A stretch of 64,000 nucleotides of DNA from the NCBI RefSeq assembly GCF_009914755.1, contig NC_060948.1. The stretch is one strand, 5' to 3'. Each line of letters opens with the position of its first letter. Positions within the stretch are counted from its first letter, which is position 1. The stretch comes from the human T2T-CHM13v2.0 reference genome, Homo sapiens. Under the pieces are notes generated by a model. It was not told the DNA's origin, searched no databases, and worked only from the letters and a program-made list of their open reading frames with translations. Made by a program: the position numbers and the translations under genes. This document shows positions 29,330 through 64,000 of this stretch, piece by piece.

Positions 29330-30270
29330 GAGTGAGGGGATTGTTTTGGTTATCAATTGTCATGTGACACATTAACCTGGAAACATAGAGGCATTGAGGA
29401 ACTCCAACTTGTTGTTATGTGGTGTGATTCTGAGGGCTGACAGGGCTCAGCTGGGAGGTTCTTCTGCTCCATGTGGTGTTGACTGGGGCTGTAGGAAACT
29501 GGAGGATTGATTGGGCAGGTGTGTTCTAGTTGGTTCAATCACATGTCTTGTAGCTGGGCTGAAGTTCAACTAAGGACTTGACTTGGGCTGTGTCTATCTG
29601 CTGGCTTAATGGATCCAGAACATTCTAGATGGCTCACTCATATACCTGGAAGCTGGGCTGTGTGTCAGCTGACTTGGGCCGTACCTATCTGCTGGCTTAA
29701 TGGATCCAGAACATTCTAGATGGTTCCTTCACATACCTGGAAGCTGGGCTGAGTGTCATCTGATAGTGCTTAACTCAGGCCGTATCTATCTACAAACTTA
29801 ATACGTCCAGAACATTCTCAAGGGCCCATTCATTTGGAAGCCCACCTGGAGGCTGAGTGGAAAGTCAGCTGAGAGCTTGGCTTGGACCCTATCTATCTGC
29901 AAACCTCAGAACATTCTCAAGGGCCCATTGATTTGGAAGCTCACCTGGAAGCTAGGCAGGTCAGTTGAGAGCTAGACTTGGGCTGTATCTATCTATGTGC
30001 AGACTTACTTGGTGCAGAATCTTCTGGATGGTTGACTTACATATGTGGAAGCTGGGCGGAGACTCAGCCCATTTGTGCTGGAAGGCTGATAGAACCAGAA
30101 CATTCCGGAAGGTTCGCTCACATGACTTTCATTTCCACCCCATTCTATTGGCCAAAGCAAACCATGGGTTAGCCCAGACTCAATGGAAGACAAAGTGTAC
30201 TCCAGCTCTCCTGGGGGTTTGGGAAAAGGGCTCTGTGAAGCATTTGCACCCACCTTTCTTTCTCCACAAT
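29330..30270 (-). mobile_element. Old MLT1-type MaLR LTR with internal tandem amplification
   Basis: MLT1 hallmarks (GGCTCAGCTGGG...TTCTTCTGCTCCATGTGG; CATTCTATTGGCCAAAGCAA); CCAGAACATTCT recurs every 90-110 bp. Confidence 0.65.
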
Positions 30271-30284
30271 AGGTACCTCCTTTA

Positions 30285-30934
<650 letters not shown>

Positions 30935-31271
30935 TTAAATTACATAAAAATTAAAAAAATAAAATACAGGCTAGTGTTACTTCAAAAAAACAAAAACTTC
31001 ATTCTCGGCTTTAACTCAAGATTCGGTCTCCTCATCGCCAGGGTAAAGCCTCAATCTTAAATGTCAAACACTTTCTGTATTGAATTGAGTCAAAATGTAC
31101 ATTGTGAGGTGATCTCTTATCTCTAGCTGTTTCTGTTTCGAAAAATCTGCCAGACCAGCTGAATCTAATCATGAAAAAGAAATAGGGGCTTGCTGCCGTG
31201 AGCAGTGTGGTTTCCTATCAGATTAAGTGCCGAGCCAAAGCCAATTGACTCCACCTTGCTGTGAGGATTCC

Positions 31272-31604
31272 CCTCCCCGTCCCAACCCTCCATTGTCCCC
31301 AATGCCCCAGGGACACTGGAGCTTCCAGCTCTTCTCCAGTTGACTTCTGGGGGCTGTGATTTCAGGAATTTTACACAGGAAGCGGAGACAATTGTAGGCT
31401 GATAACGAGGGGAGACCTGCAGGCTGCAGAGGCCAATCCCAAGTCAAAATACATAACCAGGGTTCACCTTGGTCCTTCTGAGACTGAGGAATTGTGATCT
31501 GGAGAAATGGGTCTTTCACGGAGACAGAAACGTGTGGTTCCTGAAAATGGATTATTACAGCTACTCAGCTCAATTAAATTTAAAAAAAAGGAGTATTTGC
31601 TCTT
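31272..31604 (+). repeat. About 330-bp dispersed duplication, copy 2
   Basis: Aligns by eye to 27640-27973. Confidence 0.88.
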
Positions 31605-32164
31605 CAGGGCAACCATAACAGAAGGGTTTCCCCACTCCAGCAGAGGGAACGGTTATATGCATAGTACTGCAGTGTTTTATTTTATTTTATTTTATTTTTT
31701 GAGGCAGAGTCTTGCTCTGTCACCCAGGCTAGAGTGCAATGGTGAGATCTCGGCTCACTGCAACCTCCGCCTCCTGGGTTCAAGCGATTCTCCTGCCTCA
31801 GCCTCCTGAGTAGCTGGGAGTACAGTTGCCCGCCACCACGTCAGGCTAACTTTTGTATTTTTAGTAGAGACGGGATTTCACCATGTTGGCCAGGCTAGTC
31901 TCGAACTCCCGACCTCATGATCCACCCGCCTTGGCCTCCCTAAGTGCTGGGATTACAGGCGTGTGCCGCCGCGCCCTGCCACAGCAGTGTTTTATAGCAC
32001 AGGATGATGCTAGGAGTCTGTTGTGATTTCATTTGTTTGAGGCAAGATTTTGTTCTGGGCTGGGTACAGCCAAGAACTGTACTACTGCACTCCAGCCTGG
32101 GCAACAGAGTGAGAATCCATCTCAACAAAAAATAATAAATAAATAAATTGATATATGAATTGTC

Positions 32165-34315
<2,151 letters not shown>

Positions 34316-34629
34316 TGATCCACCCAACTCTGCCTCCCGAAGTGTTGGGATTACAGGCATAAGCCACTGCGCCCGGCCCTATTCCTTTATTGTTATAAAA
34401 TAATAATAATAATGTAATTAAGTAAATGGTCCTTCACCTCTCTGTTCAACCATTTTCCTACCCTTGATTTACCATCAACTGCCTTTTTTTTTTTTTTTTT
34501 TGGAAAAGTGTGGAGTTATTCCAAAGAAAACCTCCTATAGGTAATGTGTAAACATCGTGACCAGAAATCCTGGAGATCCACGAAGGCAACTACAAAGACT
34601 ATGAAGGGAAACTACAGAAGTGGTTTTCT

Positions 34630-36030
<1,401 letters not shown>

Positions 36031-36189
36031 GGTTTTTTGTTTGTTTGTCTTTTTGTTTGTAGAGAAGTTCAGGTTTAAAGAAAAACTGAGCAGGGGCCGG
36101 GCGTGGCGGCTCACGCCTGTGATCCCAGGACTTTGGGAGGCCGAGGCAGGTGGATCACCTGAGGTCAGGAGTTGGAGACCAGCCTGGCC

Positions 36190-38180
<1,991 letters not shown>

Positions 38181-38451
38181 TCAAATTTTTATGTATGAAT
38201 TAGAATGAATAAATACATTTCCTAATGAGATAGAATGAAAGAGAAGGCCTCCTTCTGTGTGGCAGGTCTGCGAAAGTCTCTCTGATCTGAATTGCAAACC
38301 GTTTCTTGCAGTTCCTTCTGCTTTGTGATAAAAATCAACGGTTGCAGAGATCAAGGGGCTCAGAACACTGCGTGTGGCTCAGCGCTGGGCTTGCATCTTG
38401 AGATGTATGGCTTTATTCGCTCCCTACTACAGACTTGTCAGGGAGACCTGA

Positions 38452-38739
<288 letters not shown>

Positions 38740-38834
38740 TGAGTCACTGCGCCCGGCCGATCCGTGCCTGCATTACAAACGTGTGATCTAAACACCAGCG
38801 AGGTGAAATGTCCAAGATAAGAGGCAACCACTCG

Positions 38835-39050
38835 CCAGGTGCTTTGTGTGAGCAAAATAAAGCTGTTTATTCACTCGGGTGCAAGTAGGCTGAGTCCGAA
38901 GAGACGGTCAGCAAAGGGAGATGGGGAAGTTGTGGCTTTATAGGAGTTGGGTAGGTAATGGAAAATTACAGCAAAACGTGGTTCTCTATTGTTAGCACGG
39001 GAGGGGGTTTGCAAGGGGCATGGTGAATGAGAAGGGAAGGGATAGTATAA
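38835..39050 (-). mobile_element. LTR7-like (HERV-H group) LTR fragment
   Basis: CTTTGTGTGAGCAA...AAAGCTGTTTATTCAC...GGCTGAGTCCGAA...GGGTAGGTAATGGAAAATTACAG resembles antisense LTR7; the subfamily is uncertain. Confidence 0.6.
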
Positions 39051-39240
39051 CATTATTGATAAACTACGCTAGACGCCAAGGCTCATGCGTGTAATCCCAG
39101 CACTTTGGGAGGCCGAGGCGGGCTGATCACGAGGCCAGGAGATCGAGACCAGCCTGGCCAACATAGTGAAACCCCGTGTCCGCTAAAAATACAAAAATTA
39201 GCCGGGCGTGGTGGTGGGTGCCTGTATTCCCAGCTACTCA

Positions 39241-39342
<102 letters not shown>

Positions 39343-39573
39343 TCAGAAAAAAAAAAGAAGGAAGGGAGGGAGGGAGGGAAGGAAGGAAGGAAAGAAGGAA
39401 GGAAGGAAGGAAGGAAAAGATGCAACCACCATTGGATAAAGAAAATGCGGTACATTAGAGGCCGGGTGCAGTGGCTCACACCTGTAATCCCAGCATTTTG
39501 GGAGGACGAGATGGGTGGATCACCAGGTCAGGAGATCGAGACCATCCTGGGTAACAGGAGACCAGCCTGGCTA

Positions 39574-43870
<4,297 letters not shown>

Positions 43871-44408
43871 GGCTTGGTGGTGGGTGGTGGGATTACACAC
43901 GTGAGCCACCACTCCCGGCCTTATCCCCCGCCTTTCTACACTGAAGCAATGTTCATCTTACCCACACTGATGGATGTTTCACATCTCCCTAAAATGTATG
44001 AAACCAAGCTGCGCCCGGACCACCCTCGGCATCTGTCATCAGGACCTTCTGAGGCTGCGTCACAGGGACGAATCTTCACGTCCTCAACCTTGGCAAAATA
44101 AACTTTCTAAATTAACTGAGACCTGCGGCCGGGCATGGGGGCTCACGCCTGTAATCCCAGCAATTTGGGAGGCCAAGGTGGGCGGATCACCTGAGGTCAG
44201 GAGTTCAAGACCAGCCTGGTCAACATGGTGAAACCCCATCTCTACTAAAAATACAAAAATGAGCCGGGTGTGGTGGCGGGTGCCTGTAATCCCAGCTATC
44301 CAGGAGGCTGAGACAGGAGAATCTCTTGAACCCGGAGGCAGAGGTTGCAGTGAGCCAAGATCATACCACTGCACTCCAGCCTGGGTAACAGAGTTAGACT
44401 CTGCCTCA

Positions 44409-44576
<168 letters not shown>

Positions 44577-44676
44577 TCAAAAAATAAAATAAAACAGGCC
44601 GGGTGCGGTGGCTCATGCCTGTCATCCCAGCATTTAGTGAGGCCGAGGCGGGTGGATCACCTGAGGTTGGGAGTTA

Positions 44677-45367
<691 letters not shown>

Positions 45368-45639
45368 TCAGGAGTTCGAGACCAGCCTGGCCAACATAGT
45401 GAAACCCCGTCTCTACTAAAAATACAAAAAATTAGCCGGGCGTGGTGGCGGGCACCTGTAGTCCCAGCTACTCGGGAGGCTGAGGCAAGAGAATGGCTAA
45501 ACCCGGGAGGCGGAGGTTGCAGTGAGCTGAGATCGCGCCACTGCACTCCAGCCTGGGCGACAGAGTGAGACTCTGTCTCAAAAAATAAAAATAAACATAA
45601 ATTAATTAAAAAAAATTAAAAAAACACAAAAGTAAGAGA

Positions 45640-46030
45640 CAGGTGAATTAACCAGTAGGCCGGCTCGTCTTGCGGTCTGGGAAGGGCGTAACTTCAGAGG
45701 ATCCCGGGCTTTGGAAAATTTGCCAAAATGAGACATTTCGGCTCCATTTAGCTGCGGTTTCTCTCCACTCCCACTTCCCCTCTGCCTAAGTTCCCCGTAT
45801 GCCGGGCGGCCCCGGGGCAGAGGTGGGGTTCTGGGGAGCTGAGACAGGGAAGTTGACCTGCAGTTGATTTGCATGTGGTCTTTGAGGGATCTGCCCGTGG
45901 GTTCCAACGTCACGGCCAGGCCTGGCTCACTGCGGTCTGCCTCCCATGATGATAGCAGTATCTTCTAGGAATATTCCCACCCACCCACGGCGCTGACGCA
46001 CGGATACGACAGGGAAGCCTCCAGACCCGT
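45640..46030. promoter_or_regulatory. Candidate hematopoietic enhancer
   Basis: CpG-retaining unique island with PU.1, RUNX, octamer and STAT5 motifs; motif evidence only. Confidence 0.45.
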
Positions 46031-46278
46031 CCTCTGGTGCTGGGTGTTGTCAAGAAAAAAAAGAGCCAAACTCTGGCCAGGCGCGGTGACTCACACCTGT
46101 GATCCCAGCACTTTGGGAGGCCGAGGCGGGTGGATCACCTAAGGTCAGGAGTTTGAGACCAGCCTGACCAACATGGCAAAAACCTGTGTCTATTAAAAAT
46201 ACAAAAATTAGGCCGGGCACAGTGGCTCACACCTGTAATCCCAGCACTCTAGGAGGCTGAGGCGGGTGGATCACCTCA

Positions 46279-47912
<1,634 letters not shown>

Positions 47913-47932
47913 TCAAAATAAATAATAAATTA

Positions 47933-48349
<417 letters not shown>

Positions 48350-48384
48350 TCACTTGAGATCAGAGTTCGAGACCAGCCTGACTA

Positions 48385-48570
<186 letters not shown>

Positions 48571-48761
48571 TCAAAACAATACAAAAAATAAAAATAAGTA
48601 AAATAAAAAGGGCCAGGCGCGGCGGCTCACGCCTGTAATCCCAGCAGTTTGGGAGGCCGAGGCAGGTGAATCACTTGAGGTCAGAGTTCGAGACCAGCCT
48701 GACTAACATGGTGAAACCCTGTCACTCCTAAAAATACAAAAATTAGCCAGGCATGGTGTCA

Positions 48762-48947
<186 letters not shown>

Positions 48948-49385
48948 TCATCCCACCTGTGGCTTCCCACTCAGTGCTTGCTTTCGGGGTGTGAGAATAT
49001 GCCCTGAGGCCTAGGGCCGAACCCCACAGGAGGAAAGAGCAGGGGGGCTGGCTGGCAAAGGTACTGGGAGGCTCCCCAACCCAGGAAGGTCCCCCCACCC
49101 TCCCCGCCCAGGAAGGACCCAGCATGTGGGAGTTACACCCCGGTTTGCGGGTCTCCCAGCCCAGGATGTTTTGTCAAAACTTAGCAAACCAGAGAGCGTC
49201 CTGGCCTTCTTGAAGGCATCTGATTTCTCTTTTCTTGTGAAGATTTTTCAAGCCAAGTGCTGGAGGTGGGAAGGGGGTTTCCAAGGCACCAACATACAAG
49301 ATAACTCCAGGAAATAAGGACGCTGAGAGTTTTCAGGCAGAGCCGGTTCTGCAAACACCAGGAAATAGAAACAACAAGCAACTCA

Positions 49386-49688
<303 letters not shown>

Positions 49689-50207
49689 CTAGATTTTCAC
49701 AGCTGGTTCAAATACCGCCGGGGGTATCCAGTCAGGAAGGGGTACTGTCTGAGGGGGCCAGGGGATACCTGTGCAAGTTGTCAGTTCAGAATGAATTTCT
49801 GAAACCCTCACGTGGTAACAAGCTCCCAGCCTCTTTCTAATGGGCTTTGGCTAAAGGTCCAGCACGTAAAACACAAAGGCTCTCCTGGGCTTGGCTCAAC
49901 AGGGAGGTAGTTCCCAGAAAGAGACCTTCCTAGCTGGGCGCGGTAGCTCACGCCTGTAATCCCAGCACTTTGGGAGGCTGAGGCAGGCGGATCACGTGGT
50001 CAGGAGTTCGAGACCAGCCTGGCCAACTTGGTGAAACCCCGTCTCTACCGAAAACACAAAAAATTAGCCAGGCGTGGTGGCGGGTGCCTGTAATCCCAGC
50101 TACCCAGGAGGCTGATGCAGGAGAATGGCGTGAACCCGGGAGGCGGAGGTTGCAGTGAGCCGAGATTGTGCCATTGCAGTACAGCCTGAGTGAGAGAGCA
50201 AGGCTCC

Positions 50208-50640
50208 AAAGAAAAGAAGGAGGAAGAGAAAGAAAGACAGAAAGAGAGAAAGAAAGAAAGAGAAAGAGAGAAAGAAATGAAGGAAAGAAGGAGAAAGAAA
50301 CAGAGAAAAAAGAATGAAAGAAAGAAAAGAAAGGAAGGAAGCAGGGAGGGAGGGAAAGAGAGGAAGGAAGGAATGTGAAGGGAAGGAAGAAGGAAGGAAA
50401 GAAAGAGAAAGAAAGAAAAGGGAGGAAGGAAGGAAAGGGAAGGGAAGGAAGGAGAAGGAAGGAAAGAAAGAAAGAGAAAGAGAAAGGAAAGAAGAAGAAA
50501 GGAAGGAAGGAGAAAGAAAAAGAAAGAGAAAGGAAGGAAGGAGGGAGGGAAAGAGAGGGAGGGGAGGGGAGGGGAGGGGAGGGGAGGGGAGGGGAGGGAA
50601 GGGGAGGGAAGGGAAGGGAAGGGAAGGGAAGGGAAGGGAG
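50208..50640. repeat. Polypurine (GAAA/GGAA/GGGGA)n tract
   Basis: Seen directly. Confidence 0.92.
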
Positions 50641-50987
50641 AGCCCCAGACATCCCAGGTATCCTCATCCTAAATTCCTTCCACAGCTCACTGCGTCCCAG
50701 GTGTGGGATTAACACAAGCCTCTGGTCACCTTTGAGGCTGGCGAGACAGCTTGACTCCAGCCCCGGGGGACACTGGGTCTCCAAGTGCTGCGGGATACAG
50801 AGAGGCTTTTCCAGCCCCTCCTGCGGCCCTTTCATCGCCGACAGCTGCTGGGGGGGGCTGAGCCAGCCAAAGCTGAATTTGCAGAGGATGCTTCTGACCC
50901 CTAGTGTCCAAAACTTCCAAATTAAAGGCGTGTCCCTGAGCAAGGGCTGGGTGGGCTCAGGGGGCCTGGGGGCCTGCAGTTTAATGA

Positions 50988-51623
<636 letters not shown>

Positions 51624-51809
51624 TGATCCACCTGCCTTGGCCTCCCAAAGTGCTAGGATGACAGGCGTGAGCCACTGCGCCCAGCCTATAAACGGGTTAT
51701 TAATGAGCTCTCCAGCCAGGCAAACTTGAAAGCTCCAGGGCAGCCTTTCCGTGGCCGACGACGAGCAGAAGAAGCAGAAGATGGGAGATGCAGCAGGATA
51801 ATTTGTTAA

Positions 51810-52865
<1,056 letters not shown>

Positions 52866-53521
52866 CCTACAAATGAGGACTCCAAGCCTCATTCTCCCGG
52901 CACCGCACGCCTGCAAACATAGGCATGGCCAGCAGGTGGCAGTCGAGTCCCCAAAAAGAAATTGCGTGGCTTAAGGTTCCGGGATTTGAATAAATACGGT
53001 AATAAAAATCCGGCGGGCGGATCACGAGGTCAGGAGTTCGAGACCAGCCTGGTCAACATGGTGAAACCCTGTCTCTACTAAAAATACAAAAAATTAGCCG
53101 GGGGTGGTGGCAGGCGCCTGTAGTCACTGCTACCGGGAGGCTGAGGCAGGAGAATGGCATGACCAGGGAGGCGGAGCTTACAGTGCTCTAAAAAAAAAAA
53201 AAAATCAGGCGGGCGGATCACAAGCTCAGGAGTTCGAGACCAGCCTGACCAACATGGTGAAACCCCGTCTGTACTAAAAATACAAAAAATTAGCCGGGGG
53301 TGGTGGCGGGTGCCTGTAATCCCAGCTACTCGGGAGGCTGAGACAGGAGAATCGATTGAACTCAGGAAGCAGAGGATGCAGCGAGCCAAGATCGCGCCAC
53401 TGCACTCCAGCCTGAGCAACAAAGCGAGACTCCATCAAAAAAAAAAAAAAAAAAACCCACAGTGTAAGGGGTCCCAATGCAGACCTCAACAGAGGGTTCT
53501 TGGATGTCGTGCAAGAAATTA

Positions 53522-54510
<989 letters not shown>

Positions 54511-54977
54511 CCGGAAAACCCCGGACTTTTCTTGTGGAGGTGGAGGGGAGGGATTCCAGGGTTAGTCACAGCTGTCACTTTTCTGCTTCTTGTTTCTGGC
54601 AGGGTTCACTGTCCTGGGTGCTTGATTCGTTACTAGCGATCCGGAGAAGAAAGGGTTAAAGGAATCCCTCCCCCACCCCTGGAATCCCTCCCCCACCCCT
54701 GGAATTCCAAAGGCGCAGCCAGGCTCGGATTTCCACGCGGGCGGTACTGAATTAACGGCTGGGCCCCGGCGCCTTTCTTTTAACTAATTACATCTGCAAG
54801 GGCCTTAATTCCAAACGAGGCGTCATTCCCGGAGACCAGAGGCGTTTGGAACTCAACGTATATACTTTGGGGCCGCGATCGAGGCGCGTCTCCCGTCTTC
54901 TGCCTCTGCGTGTCCTCAGCTGCAGAAAGGCCGCCCCTGAGCCTTCGGGTTTTCCTGGGGGGAGAGCTCATGAGGAA

Positions 54978-55093
54978 CCCGTGTATGCCTAGCGTTCCAT
55001 TATTGGAACGCTAAGCTTGTCTGAAGGCTGAAGGTCATCGCCAAGATCTGGTTTTTTACACCAAAAAAACTTGCAACCTCCGGCATAAATGGG
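54978..55093 (+). mobile_element. MER85 piggyBac (PGBD3-derived) MITE
   Basis: TIR-like ends CCCGTGTATGCCT and CGGCATAAATGGG, the internal palindrome GTTCCATTATTGGAAC, then AAGGTCATCGCCAAG and TTGCAACCTC. At 116 bp it is shorter than the roughly 140-bp consensus. Confidence 0.88.
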
Positions 55094-55955
55094 CTTAAAG
55101 TGTCCGTGAGAGCTCATTAAACGACAGGCCCCGGGTCCCTGACCCCCCCCCCCACCAAGCCCTTGCTCTGGGACGCGCCTTGGACACGTCTGCAGATTCA
55201 GCCCTGGCCGGTTCAGCCCCCAGCGGCTGTCAGCAATGAAAGGGGTCCCAGAAAGGACTGGAAAAAGCAGATCACAACGGGAATCCCGAGGCAAGAATGC
55301 AGGAGCCAGGCTATCTGGCAAGCCTCAAATATAGCCAGCAGGTTGTGTTGATCCCGCATCACGGACGCTGTGAGCTGTGGAAGGAGCTTGGGATGAGGAT
55401 TGCTGGGGATGCCTGCAGCTGTTTCTGCTGGAGCTGCCTCTGGGGCAGGAAGTGTCACGTTGCACCCCAGGAAGGTCTCTGTCCAGCGCAGACCACGTGG
55501 CCCTTCCTGGTGCTACTCAAGCCCTGGAGAGAGCCTCTAGGCTATTTGAGGTTCCTGGACTCCAGCTTTAGCCAGAGCCAGCTAGGAGGAGGCTGGGAGC
55601 TTGTTAAAGCCTGAAGGTAAGCCGGGTCAGGAAGTTGAGATTTGGAAACAGGCCTGATAGTCTGTGCTTCCTCTTCGGGGAAAAAGAGATGTTACAACGC
55701 GCTGGGCTCCACCCTCCCCCGAGAGCTTGCAGATTTCCGGCTTCTGAGGAGCTGCCCTACCACAGCTCCTTCTGTTGCTAGATAAGGGGTTGGGGTCACA
55801 CCCTCCTCCCTTCTGTGGCTGGAGGGATGGTCTGTGGACAGAAGAATGTGTGGCCACAGGGAAAGTGAGCCAGTATCAGCAGAAAAACAAACTGAGGCTG
55901 GCACGGTGGCTCACTCCTGTCATCCCAGCACTTTAAGGCTGAGGTGGGCTGATCA

Positions 55956-57905
<1,950 letters not shown>

Positions 57906-58554
57906 ATGCCGGGTGTGGTGGATCACGCCTGTAGTCCCAGCATTTTGGGAGGCCGAGGCGGGTGGATCACGAGGTCAGGAGTTCGAGACCATCCTGGCCA
58001 ACATGGTGAAACCCCGTCTCTACTAAAAATACAAAAATTGGCCAGGCATGGTGATGCACGCCAGTAATCCCAGCTACTCAGGAGGCTGAGGCAAGAGAAT
58101 GGCGTGAACCCGGGAGGCAGAGATTGCAGTGAGCAGAGGTCGCGCCACCTGCACTCAGGCCTGGTGACAGAGGAAGACTCCCTCTCAAAATAATAATGAT
58201 AAACAAAGTGCTGGGATTACAGGCTTGAGCCACCACTCCCGGCCTGGGGCTGTAGTTTTCCATTTCTTTGTTCCAAAGGCCGGAGTCACCAGCTTATCTT
58301 AATTTGCCTTGTGGTCTACCTGCCAACCTTCCCACCACCCCACACAGGAAAACTCATTGAGTCTGCTTCAGCAGACAACACCCTGAGACTTTTCCCACTG
58401 GTGCCTTTACTTATTACAACGCCGAGCTGCTTCAGAGGCAGAACAGGCTTATCTGAGTCCTCAGACTTCTCTCCTTCCCAACAGCATCAACATTTTCCAG
58501 GAAAATCACGACTTGTGAATTTATTATTTTTATTTTATTTTATTTATTTTTTGA

Positions 58555-58922
<368 letters not shown>

Positions 58923-59083
58923 TAAAGTCTGTCTCTGAGCTTTACCTCATACCACCCCCCCTCCTGGTACCCATCCCTGCCCCTGAGAAAAGGGAGGTGA
59001 AGGAGACCAGGAACCACAGTTTTCAGCTAAGAGGAAACTCAGGTCAGAAAGTCCCTGCCTGGCCCACATCCCTCATTCTAAAG

Positions 59084-60194
59084 AGAGAACTGGGGCTTCC
59101 CAGCAAGGAACAAGGAGATGGCACAGACAAGGCTATGTCTGTTCAAACAGTGACATTCTCTGGGCCATGTGTCCATCAAGCAAAAGATATCACCATCCCC
59201 AGGTTCACAGACCAGGACAGGCACCTACAGGAAGCCGCTTACAGGTGCTGGGATGTATCTCAGAGCTCGGTCCTTTGAACACATCCCTCCGGGCCACGTT
59301 CTGGCGTTAGTACTGGAGGTTAAAGATTCACGGGACCATTGTTTCTGGAAAGGCAGGGAAGTATAAATAAACAAATGCTCAATGTCATCTGAAGGTGACG
59401 TACGAGGGAAGCGGAGAACTGAGAACTGGAGGCGGAGGGTTTCCAGTCATGGCAGAAGGCAAAGAACTGGGGCTTCCCAGCAAGGAACAAGCAGATGGCA
59501 CAGACAAGGCCATGTCTGTAAAAGCAGTGACATTCTCTGGGCCATGTGTCCATCAAGCAAAAGATATCACCATCCCCATGTTCACAGACCAGGACAGGCA
59601 CCTACAGGAAGCCGCTTACAGGTGCTGGGATGAATCTCAGAGCTCGGTCCTTTGAACACATCCCTCCAGGCCACGTTCTGGCCTTAGTACTGGAGGTTAA
59701 AGATTCACGGGACCATTGTTTCTGGAAAGGCAGGGAAGTATAAATAAACAAATGCTCAATATCATCTGAAGGTGACGTATGAGGGAAGCAGAGAACGGAG
59801 AACTGGAGGCGGAGGGTTTCCAGTCATGGCAGAAGGCAAAGAACTGGGGCTTCCCAGCAAGGAACAAGCAGATGGCACAGACAAGGCTATGTCTGTAAAA
59901 GCAGTGACATTCTCTGGGCCATGTGTCCATCAAGCAAAAGATATCACCATCCCCAGGTTCACAGACCAGGACAGGCACCTACAGGAAGCCGCTTACAGGT
60001 GCTGGGATGAATCTCAGAGCTCAGTCCTTTGAACACATTCCTCAGGGCCACGTTCTGGCCTTAGTACTGGAGGTTAAAGATTCACAGGACCATTGTTTCT
60101 GGAAAGGCAGGGAAGTATAAATAAACAAATGCTCAATGTCATCTGAAGGTGACATACGAGGAAAGTGGAGAACTGAGAACTGGAGGCGGAGGGT

Positions 60195-60218
<24 letters not shown>
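59084..60218. repeat. 377-bp tandem repeat, 3 near-identical copies
   Basis: AGAACTGGGGCTTCCCAGC at about 59086, 59463, 59840; the ORF track shows the same 377-bp period. Confidence 0.95.

Positions 60219-64000
<3,782 letters not shown>

Noticed and set aside
59169-60120. Repeated 65-93 aa ORFs as a tandem gene family
   Set aside because: They simply follow the 377-bp DNA repeat, occur on both strands and include LTR-derived sequence.

Overview
Human (primate) genomic DNA from the X/Y pseudoautosomal region PAR1. The window holds coding exons 1-6 of CRLF2 (TSLP receptor) on the minus strand (ATG at 18662). All splice junctions present are GT-AG and phase-consistent; exons 7-8 lie left of the window. 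About 45 kb of extremely repeat-dense upstream DNA follows, toward CSF2RA, which is not in the window. That DNA includes many dozens of Alus, a 5'-truncated SVA inserted at the stop codon of an NPM1 3'UTR retrocopy nested in a MER4 LTR, LTR10/LTR7-like/MLT1/MST LTRs, MER20, Tigger3, a MER85 piggyBac MITE, and many mini- and microsatellites. Almost all ORFs in the supplied track are Alu or simple-repeat artefacts. The most notable observations are: (1) a minisatellite built from the CRLF2 exon 3 splice donor; (2) a cryptic RSS heptamer and a splice acceptor 2 nt before the ATG, consistent with P2RY8::CRLF2 fusion; (3) an inverted duplication carrying one near-intact and one collapsed MER85; (4) an array of perfect 22-bp palindromes; (5) a recurrent Alu substitution shared across many copies. 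I see no evidence of a new protein-coding system. Repeat-family names come from recalled consensus sequences, not from a search.
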